Part shown: positions 1 through 10,700 of the stretch, piece by piece
How positions within the stretch are numbered: the stretch's first letter is position 1
Layout: each line of letters opens with the position of its first letter
Assembly: GCA_002633005.1 (NCBI GenBank)
Contig: NMRA01000112.1
Location: forward strand, 812,659 to 876,658
Direction: 5' to 3'
Length of the DNA: 64,000 nucleotides
Origin: Phoronis australis
Lineage: Eukaryota > Animalia > Phoronida
Made by a program: the position numbers and the translations under genes
Notes under the pieces: generated by a model
Seen by the model: only the letters and a program-made list of their open reading frames with translations
Database searches by the model: none
What the model was told of the DNA's origin: nothing

Positions 1-1289
1 AGTGGCTCAATACCGCAGATCTGAATCGCAGAAGGCCTCTAGTATTCCAAGAAGTGGTTACTGACTTTTTACACTGACCCTTGGGTATGACGAAGCTATG
101 ATGCTCTTCATGAAGCGATAGACGTATGTGGAATTTGTAATTGCGGGAAGGGGACAAGTGATAAAAATTGATTGCCCATGGGCGCTCGACTTAAAGGAGA
201 ATGCCACCCAAAAAACAACCTATTTTGTATCAATTTAGATCGAGTAGTTCTACTCGATAACGGCACGTTCGGTTGCGTTACCTGACACCTGACGGCAGAA
301 GGAGGTGCTGAAATTATCCAATGACGTAATTGGTTTCACACGCAGTCTGTTCAGCACTGAGTTCACAACACGGGTTAGTGGTGTCAGCTTATCGATTAAA
401 TTCATCGTTTAACACCAATAAATCACCAAACTTCGATATAAAACCCTTAAAAATACACCGAGTTCTTATAAAAACGTGTTGTTTTACTTCGCTGTTAAGG
501 ATTTACTGCTATTTGGACACAACGTAGCCGTACAAAGTTCGGCAGGCCAATTTACCAAGGTCCGCAGCAGGAGTTTGGGGTATGTTTGGAGATAAATTGG
601 AAGTTTTCTTCTGTGAAATACACACAGGAGAACCTAGATCTGTGTTGTTTATACTTGTGATTTTTTTGAGTACTAAACACACAAAACGCTTGTTATCCCA
701 GACAGTGGCTCGGAACCAGATCAGGCCAGTCGCGGCCGCCGGGACTGGAACGAACATAAACCAGCTTGAGTTGGAAGCTATACCTCCAGTCACGAAAAGA
801 CTATCATAGTGAGCAAAAAAATGTGCACATAATTATTTATGTGAATTAGCCACGAAACTGAAAATCTACTTACTTGTCGGGGGCCGCGAAGTCGGGTTCC
901 CCTTGCACAGACAGTCAGGACAAAGGTTTGTACAGTAACAATGATTTGAATAATGTAATTGTATTTCTAAATAAGGATTCCTGTAACATGTGACCATAGC
1001 ATATAAAATCGAGTAATTGTTTCACAACAGCTTTCTGACAGCAAACAATGAATTAGCATGCGCTCACACGGTCTCGGTGCCGGGTCAATTACCTTTACTC
1101 ATTGCCGGCATCAAAAGCCGGTAATGCAGTGGTTTATTCATTGCTAGCTTCTCAAAACATTTGCACTCACGAGCACTCCAAGGCATTACAAATTGTATCT
1201 TGTGAGACAGACTTTGTTTCAGTTTCATATAAGCATTGGTTAGGATGAGAATTCATTTTGAAACAGAACGCAGAATAATAAACGTCTAC

Positions 1290-1470
1290 ATGGCAACTCG
1301 CCCGGCGCCAATCCCGACTTAGACAAGAGCTCATCCGACGAAGACTTCAGTGGTCGGATCGTTAGGTTACACAGTCTATCGGTTTGAACCGGAATACACT
1401 GATCAAGAAATACTAGAGAGGCGCCGTGAGCATGCACAGGCAACGGAACGTATGGATAATTCTTTGGTAA
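1290..1470 (+). pseudogene. Frameshifted N-terminal relic of a KolX / P2X7-ballast-like protein within the Kolobok element
   Basis: Translation across a frameshift: DLDKSSSDEDF...GYTVYRFEPEYTDQEILERRREHAQATERMDNSL, followed by GTAAG. This resembles the acidic SSDEDF..Y.FEPEYT.EE N-terminus recalled for KolX/P2X7 C-terminal-domain-like proteins (family assignment from memory). Confidence 0.5.
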
Positions 1471-1486
1471 GCCGGAATTCGTCAGA

Positions 1487-1684
1487 GAAATCACTGTCGA
1501 CTAAATGCCGGCCACAGACACGGAGATGTTTCACGGCCTCATACTTGCTATTAACAGCGTACTACCTTTCATTCTTCACTACTGCAAGCCACTTCCTAAG
1601 CATTTCGGGCTCTCGATATACCCGCTTTCTTCGCAGCTTCATAGTTCGGACAAGCGGGAACGATGCACTGCAATATAGCGGCAT
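1487..1684 (-). pseudogene. Degenerate THAP zinc-finger (N-terminus of Kolobok transposase)
   Basis: The minus strand reads CIVPACPNYEAAKKAGIS / PEMLRKWLAVVKNER*YAVNSKYEAVKHLRVCGRHLVDSDF across frameshifts and a stop. This matches the THAP pattern C-x4-C...W...(L/V)CxxH. Confidence 0.7.
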
Positions 1685-3512
1685 TCACTTTGCAGACGAA
1701 CCACTGACGTCGATGCGTCGTTTCTCACCTTCCTCACAGGTTAACGCGACACCTCTCGGCAAAGTGAGGTCGACCGTATTCGAGGCGATGTGGATATAGA
1801 CCGATTAAGACGGTAAAAAAGACTAATTAAATCGGGTGGCATTCTCCTTTAATCGGAGCTCTCCAGGTGTCGACCAAAACAATTTCCAGCACACAGTTTT
1901 CATTTAACAATAGACAACCAAAATTTTCCTTTGTTGTTCCCCTTCTTCTATACCTTAGCTAGATCCGACAACGGATAATTCAAGCTGACAAAAATATCTA
2001 CGGATATATCAGTTTGGGCGAAAATGATACAATTTTTCTGAATTCCAACCTACATCAATGTAAACAAAACATGAATATCTTACAATATTTGTTGATAACT
2101 GACAAAAATCATTTATGAATCGGGACATAAATCTAAATAAAACAACAGCAATCCTTTGATATGTTGATTAATCGAAACCATGGCAGTTTTCTGAATGTTG
2201 AATTGGAAGATTAAATCCGGATATTTATCGATTTTTTCTAGTTCGGGACCACGGGCATCCGTCCCGGTGAGCCCCCATGCGACTCGAAATATTCCAAGGG
2301 TAGTTGTGGGCTTCCCTAGTTACAGGGTTAGCATCAAATTTTAAAGAATGAAAAATACTCGTTTACGATTGTCTTTTGAAACCGAAAATATTAAAACTGG
2401 CAGTCTAATCCACCTGCTGCTATTGCGCACAAAAATCCACGTTTCATGAATAATGCTTTCCTAATAATGTTCTTCAAATCTTCAAAATAAATGATTCTTG
2501 GGGCAGAAATATCGACAGTTTTTTCATTAGGACGCTGACGAGTATATTCTTCACAATGAGTGGACTTCAAACCTGCGAATTCAACCTTTCATTCTTCCGG
2601 TTAAAGTCAATGCTCTTGTGGGTTTTTATTTTTCACATTCTTGATTGTTGAAGCGCATATCTTGAAGCTGTGTTACTTTTACGAATATGTGTGATTTATT
2701 GGGTGAATACGGGATTTGTCGTATTGGTGCTCTCTAGAGCCAATGTAAGCACGAATGGGACTTCCGATTGTTCATGTCTCAGATTTGGTGGACAGAAATG
2801 AACTGCTGCATAGACAGATGAATAAATCTCCCAGTCAACACCTCCCATTGTTTGAGTAGGTTAATTTCGTTAACTTATTTCAGCTGTTTGGTGTCGGCTG
2901 GGATCGAAATTTCCCGCTATATCAGCCTCAGCTACTGGCTTCAAGGTTTTGTCGCGGATTTTCGTCGCCGATGGAAATGTATGGAAATCACGTCCTTGTT
3001 CATCCAATGATAAAGTTCAAAAGGTTTGCCACTTTTTTAAAGCGTTAGTACAACCCACCGCACAGCAGCGGAAATTTTCCGGGATTTCAATAGCAGAAAA
3101 GGTGTAAGAACGCTGTTTATACCAGTAGGTTGAAACTTCCTGTCTGCATTACATAATGTACATGTAGTATCGGAAGGTGGCGCTGAGCGCCTGTCCACCG
3201 AAGACCTGATCGCCTTCTGGCGGGATAGTGAAATTCAATAAGGTGGGGCTATTTTGAAAGTCAGACTCCCCAAGTAAATTGTTGACACACTGATATGTCT
3301 TATGTTTCTCTCTTCTACGTATTTTTAGCTGTCGAGTAGGCTTTGTAATGTTATGACCGAATTTTTCATAATGTTTCCGGATCTGGGGTGGCAATGTCCC
3401 TTTGCCTATTATGCCTATGCGTGAATTGTATTGTATGTCCAACAATTGTACACAATTTTTTACTGTTCCTAGAATGCGTAACAGGAAATGACCCTTGACT
3501 TGAGCGCCTCAC

Positions 3513-3739
3513 CTGGACGAGAAATATACTTTTCCATTCGGGTATATTCGTATTAGCTTGTTTGGTACAGATATTGTGTGTATGTATGAACCTCGCCCAT
3601 TGTAAAAATACGTGTCAGGCGTCCACATCTTATCCAGCACTAAATTATTTAGTGCAAGCTCTTTCGTTGAGTTGTCAGCTTCAAACTTTAACCGCCTGTC
3701 GTACCATGTTTGCCGGAAGTAGCAATCAAACGCGTACAA
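3513..3739 (-). CDS. Alpha-type GABA receptor exon (loops D, A, E of the ligand-binding domain), 227 bp
   Basis: Acceptor ttatag|TTG at 3739 and donor TCC AG|gtgag at 3513; phase 0 to 2; encodes LYAFDCYFRQTWYDRRLKF...KVYFSSR. Confidence 0.95.
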
Positions 3740-4759
3740 CTATAATGGAGTAAACAGAGAAAAGACACTGTTGTGTATAATAAGGTTATAAGTTTTAAGA
3801 AATACAGTGATTTGATCTTTAAAAGAAAATAAACTTCCATAGTCCGGGTTGATCAAATAGTTTTGAATTATCATAGGAACAAATGTAAATTTGGCATATA
3901 AAATAATTTATCAGGAACTAAACACGCTGCCCATAATATGCGATACACATTGTTCAACACTTGGGATGTGGTTCGTTCAACGGCAAAACATTTGTTCCGT
4001 GTTTTGGCCTCGAGTCTCGACATGAAGAAAAACGAAGCATCTGCTTTATCGTCACAAAAATATTAATGTTTTCACGGAAGGACGGGGCAGACCTTTTCAA
4101 TCATTCGTCATGTCGATCATGATGTAGACGTTATAAAACAAAAACTAGGTTAAAAATTCAAATCGCAGCTCGCAAGCTTGTTATGAATTATAAAAATGGT
4201 TGAAAGTTGCTAATAAATTAGGACTAATATTCAGCAGTTACGGATACTGCAATGACTAAAACAGGGGGCAGTCTCAACGCACTCGTAAGGGTATGTTAAT
4301 GAGACTTTGCGCTCCGCTTGAGATACACACATATCTTCTCGAGACTTGAGCAATTTCATCAAAATTTCCAATATACCAGCAGTTCTCAACGTGCCTCGAG
4401 TGTACTACTGGTCCAGAACACCTCACGGGTTGGCCATAGTAGAAATTTCTAGTCACTTGTTGTTTCGACTTGTCTTACGTCAACGCGTATGGATGACCAA
4501 GGGCGACATAAATCCGGTTCAACATAGCTGTGATAATTCCATAATTATGACTAAAAATAACTCCTTAGAAAATCAGAAGTCAAGAATAATCATATTTATA
4601 AATATTTGTTTGTGATAGTAATAGATAGGCCAATCAGAAATTAAGAATAATGGGAAGGTTAAATACATGCATACATACATACATTCATACATACATACAT
4701 ACATACACACATACATACATACATACATCTATACATACATACATCTATACATACATACA

Positions 4760-4792
<33 letters not shown>

Positions 4793-7700
4793 TCTTATAC
4801 ATGTTTATCGTTGACATTATTCCTGGCTTCTGATTGCCTGATTTATTAATGTCATAAATGATTATCACTGTTCCATATATTAATTAATGCCATGAATATT
4901 TATCACTTTCATTATCCTGACTTCTCAATGTCTGTGTCATAGCTATTTGTTTCAGTCCTAAATAGGTATTGCTACGGTCATTATTAGCTGATTTTGTAAT
5001 GTCATAAATTATTCACTACTTTCATGCTCCTGATTTTTGATTGGGTAAAGAATTATTACTGTCATAACTAGGGAATTATCTTACTATTAAATCGGATTTA
5101 CCTCACAAAGCCTACGCTGCGAGTTAGCTGCTTAGTGACTTTAATGACACTTTGATACAATATTCAGCGGCAAAAGGGTGACTGGAACTCGATCAGCATG
5201 AATACAACAGAGGTATCTACATTTCTACGCAAATTCTAAGAAGTTACCATTTCAGTTTCATCAATCGGTCCCATACTTCGGATGAATATATCAATGAGTA
5301 CGTCATCTGGGGGGCCTGAAACGAGGAAATGCAAATAGTCTACAAAACCGTATCTCGTAATATTTTTGTCTTAAGTTTCGAAATATTTAAACATATTGCG
5401 TCTTTGAGGAGAGCCTACATATGTAGTTTCATTACAGGAGAACAACGGTTTAGCCTAACACGCTAGAACATAATTTATGCAATAGCTACTTCATGCATCA
5501 TATTTCACGACTTCTATCATTACTATTTTACGTTTGGCTGTTTCTCTGAATCGACAACTGACTCATATGCTATTGCTAAGACGTCATATCTATAATAACT
5601 TTCAGACAAGAGTGTATTAACTATGCGGTAGTTTTGCATGTAACACAAACGCAATGCGCTTGGAAATCCTTTAATAAGCTACATCTACAGCTTGTGCTGA
5701 GAATTTTTTCCACGTGTTATAAATTTCAAGTCATCATCGGAACGATACCAAGTATCACTGGGTCCTCTAAGGCATTCCATGAATAAACCAGAAGCCACCG
5801 GTCCACAACATGGGGCAAATCGCTCCTGCAGTAACTAGAGGTTAATGCTTTATTTCATAATTGGCTTTTACAATGTTTTGACGTAACCTATCAGAACAAA
5901 CCTCCCGAACTCGGCCGAAGGCGTTTTTCATAAGTCTTCTCGTCGAATATAGTGTCCAAAATGTCCGTTATGTGCTTAGTATTGTGGTCAATGGCGCTCT
6001 TCCTGAAACATACACATCAAATAAACAAAGATGACCCAGGGGCAAGAATTCTGTCGCTGGATGAGCCGCTGACATCACGTTATGCTCAACAATACGAAGT
6101 ACACTTACGGTACGAAGAGACAAAAGTTAGCGATACACAGCCCTCACTTCGTAAACCAATACCATTCAAATATGGGAGGAATTAGGTCACTCGGACCAAA
6201 GGAGAACAATGTTGATCGGGGTCAAAGGTCGAGGAAAGCATTGCTTTTCCCAGAGACCGGTCTATAATTATTTCGCTATGAGACCACTGATGTCATCTCC
6301 CTCTGACTTTTTCGTCTCAATGGCATGTTCTTACGTAGTCTGATGTACTGGCATCGTCTGCTCGCTTTGTTGTCAGAGGTTACTAGTTTCTGCCAACTGT
6401 TCGCTAATAATGACGCATGATGTCCGGAAAGTAAGGATGAAAAAGAATATTCCCCAGATTTCAATATTACCTCATCACGGAAATTATCGTACTTTGACTT
6501 AACCAATAAGAATGCCAGTTGTCGTGTAATAATAGCTTTTATTTTAGAGTTATCGCCCCATAGTTAGCACATGCGGCAATTTTCAGAGCTCGATTTTAGT
6601 TATCTTGTAACACCGGGCATCATAACTAATGCCTATTTATGTTTTTAACTCAAATGCTTTTGCGAGTTATCTTTTTTTCAAAACCAACTTTCCGCTTGCC
6701 TACCCCATAGGGAGGGTCCTTGGAGGAATTTATTTTAGTGTTCCCTGTTGCACCCTCCTTGGTGAAGTCTTCCCAACAGTTGTAAATGACACATTCACTT
6801 ACAACTTTTTGTCTAAAATTTCAAGCGTTCAACCTCCATTAAAAGTTCTTTGGCGAACAATTTTAACAGACTCACGAAATGCCATCGACTTCCGCGATGT
6901 GTTGGTTGGCATTTCTAGTGAATTGAGTCGTAGTCGAGCCGGTCTCAACATCTAGTAAGTTGGGTAAGGTAGCGCACGCTTTCATCATCCTGTCACCCAT
7001 GCCTACCGCACGTACAGTAGGCCTACCACGGGAAAAGAATGTTGGAAACTCTACGCACAGTGACATTGTTCATATTCAGACTTTCAGCGGATCTGACCGC
7101 CTGTCATACTCAACAATCCAACACCCCTACTTTTCAGAGAACATTGAACAGCAGTATTTTCCAAAGTACTTGTCGAAAATATTTTTTAAGCATTTTTGTC
7201 ACAAATCATTTCACTTCGTCGTTTCTGACAATGAATGCGCGTTATGTTTCATGTTAAAAGGTTCCTGAATTACAAAAACATGCAACTTTAATGTACATGT
7301 AATTTAATTCATGAATAAAATCTATATCAGAACTCACATCTTTGCTATTCTTTCACATTTTTGTAAAAAAAAACATTTTCCAATGTTAATTCCTATTGGC
7401 TAACGCGCGTCTGACGTCACTGAGGCTGTACCGTGGGTGGTGGCAATGAGATAAATTAAGCTTATTATGTATACAGCTCGATCATTGGGTGAATGCCTCT
7501 CGGATACAGAACTGTGCTTAATGTGTATAACTCGTCTGCGGTCTCGGCTCTCAAAATTTCATAATATAAGTTTACTGCCGTTGACTATTAGTGGAACGAT
7601 GCCGTTCTCGGCACCGGCCATGAAAGGTCCCCGACTGTGTTGCCTTGCCTTGGTGCATGCTGTTTACTAAATATACAGCGGCCGTTGCACCGACGTGGGT

Positions 7701-10700
7701 GAAAACTGATCAAATAAAATCTGGCACAAAATTAGTGTCATTAAAAATTACACTCTTCCTTGAGTAAACTTAATTATTTACTGGTGGTGAAAAAAATGGC
7801 GTTCTGCCTATCACTCTGCTGCTAAAATTTGGGCAAAGATTTATGAGTTACCTCAGTGGGATATAGTGCGCTCTTTAAGGTTGGCTTTCGGCGCCGTCAC
7901 CTGTTGCCTTATTGACAAGTTTCGTTCCCGAGTTGTCCTTCTTCCAAGTATAACAAGCGATCGAACTGTTCTTCGAAGTTGCATGTGAACATGTCACAAC
8001 AAATTATTAGAGCTGATTTCATTTGCTTATAAGTTTTTAGTATTTTAATACCAGGAAACCGAATTTCATAAAAAAATTTTCTCTTAAGAAGTTGTCATCA
8101 TCTCCCGACAGATGTCGCAAAATTTTAGGAAATAGCGCGTGTTGACCGTACTGTTTTATTTGTTACAAAAAGGCTGAGACTTATGAAATAAAATAACGTT
8201 TACTAGATTGTTTTTCACTTAAACGGCTCTAGCGGACAAGGTAAATGTCGGTTGACACCCAGAAATTTGCACGCTCTCCTGCCGGTTTAGAGCTCTACAT
8301 TTTGATATAAGTTTCGCGACGAGGTGACGAGCTGAACTACCCGGGCTATGTGAAATTTCGGAGTCGTGACGGAGCTCAACACACAGTGGTACTAGTACCT
8401 AGTTGTATTTGGAAGATAGCTAGCTGGCTGGCTAGGCCCCGAGATGAATCAACGTCACAGGAAAGAAAAACGTGAGTATATGCACATGTTGATCTGTCTA
8501 CTGGACTAAGTACTCGTGAGTAGAGTAGATGAGGGCGAAGCCCTCAGAGAGCTTCGCGAGATCCCAGGATCTCGCCATCTGTCCTTGCTGTGGTTGGTGT
8601 GGACGTGGATCGAGGGCATGACCTGGTGGCCGGTGGCACGGCTAATGACCTTATGTATCTCTTTGTGCTGTACAGCCTCAGTGACGTCACAATAATCAGC
8701 GCTTGTAGTGGGGCTTTATGGAACTAATAAATTTTTACTTTTCGAAGTAAAAAAGAAAAATATTGTGCACTATTTAGGAATATGTGGATGCCAGTAACCA
8801 ACCTTAATACTTTCAAAATTTAAAGTAAATTAAAATGCTGAAACATGTAGTTCAGGCCTCTATTTGCACATTACAGATGCAAAGGTTTTAAAATTGCCCC
8901 ACATTGCATCTTTAATTAGAAGACCATTCACTTCGTACATGGCGATTTCCTAAGGAAATTGTTTGCGCTTAGCTATCACCGGCACAGACAAGGGCTAATG
9001 CGATTGAACGACAAGTGAAGCAAATGATATAATCTACGGGTCATATTGCGAATATGTAATCCGCAGATTAATCATTGTTCGCGCGTGTAACGCTATACTT
9101 AATTTATTTCCTACCGGCCAAAGCCAATCGGTTTTAGCTTACGATCGATTGCGGTAAGAATTTGAATGACCGCAGCCAATGAATCGGATGTTTGGAGTGT
9201 TACGTTTAAGCATATATAGCCCGGATTTTCGGTGTCGTGCTAAAATTAATGTTATGTACATGTAGGACCTTATCGACAAACTCGTGCACTTATCCAAATA
9301 ACTACAAGTTAAACTAAATCTATATTAACTAAGTAAAAGTACAAAGCCTGTGAAATTTGTTTTTCTCATTTTCGGTCATTAATCGGATCACGTGACCAAG
9401 TCTGTACAATAAAAGTCAGGTTCAAGGAAAAATATGTTGATAGCAAAGAAATGGTGTGCAATAACATGACCAAAGTTCGGGGGATGTAAAACAATATGGA
9501 AATCTCAAAAATCTATCATTTCGTTCTTGTTTTATTTAGGTTTTGAGTTTTTAATGAAAATCATAAAGTCCTATTGTTGATATCCCTTCATAAAAAGTGC
9601 AATGTTTGAACAACAAGTGCTAGAAGGGAGACTACAACATCTGAAAGTTCCATACGAAAGCGAGCATCCATTTATGCGATATGACGTAGCGAACTAGGAA
9701 ACTTTTGACATTTTTCTAGCGCACCAGGTAGAACAATTGTTTTGTACAACGATCAAGTCAACCGTCAAAACAAACCTGTCTTAACGAAGAATTATGCAGG
9801 ACAACAAGTTCATGTTTGTGAGACCATAAAAATGTTCCAATTTGTTTAACATCGGAACGTCATATTTCATAACGGACTGATTGGATTCAAATGAATTATC
9901 AGAAACTGTCTACTTGATGCACCGTTCTTCAAAACTTAGAATTTGATTTTAAGCGTTCCTATTGCGATGAAGGACAATCAAAGACTAAGGCTTATTTACG
10001 AGAAAGACAAAAGTTTTATAAAAACAAAAGATAATTTGAAACGCTGTAATAACGTTTGTGAAATTTTGCAAAGGAAAATTGGACATGAATAGGCCTTTCT
10101 TTTTTTGGTAAATTTAACAAGAAGATATAGTTTCGAGACCCAGTTATTAAAGGTTGATATAAAATAAAATATCCTACAGCCTTTATAACTTTCAGAAAAT
10201 ATATACATTAGCATAGTCCTGGGAGTAATTGGTCCTAGGTATAGTCAAATTCTATAGTTTTGTAGATGTTTGGCCAAATGCATAGACGTGTCGATAAGGT
10301 ACCACATAACCTTAAACGTTTTGTTGAAATGATAAGCGTTCGCTGTTTATCGTTTAAACAACGTAAAAGAGAAGTCGACCATCGTTACCCAATCCATGTT
10401 TATTGCCCGGCAATGCTCAGTTGAATGTGGACTAAACGCCTACTAGAAGAGGAAGTTATTTATTAGAGTGGTACTTATTGAATTGCATAGAATTCTTGTT
10501 TACGTTATTTCTTCAGTGTTATTGTGGAAATTCCTTTTCTAACCGTGTACATTTCGCTTACTATTTTCCGTGTCTCGCTCAATAGTTCTTTAAATGTTTC
10601 CGTGTGACTTGGATTAATGGCAATTTAGTAAGCGAGTGGTAACACACGAATTGTGGGTATACGTTAAGCGTATCTACTGTAATGAAATAAAACATATTCT

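Larger units (their letters stand above)
195..1848. mobile_element. Non-autonomous Kolobok-type DNA transposon (internally deleted), TTAA target-site duplication
   Basis: Perfect 15-bp TIRs AGGAGAATGCCACCC (195-209) / GGGTGGCATTCTCCT (1834-1848), each flanked by TTAA (191-194, 1849-1852). AG.. termini with a TTAA TSD fit Kolobok/T2-MITEs rather than piggyBac (CC termini). THAP and KolX-like relics lie inside. Confidence 0.85.

Noticed and set aside
1-3512. Next (Cys-loop) exon of the alpha-type gene
   Set aside because: No C-x13-C / FPxD-encoding exon was found on the minus strand; it presumably lies left of the window.
4659-4868. ORFs with MYVC/IHTY repeats
   Set aside because: Translation artefacts of the (CATA)n microsatellite.
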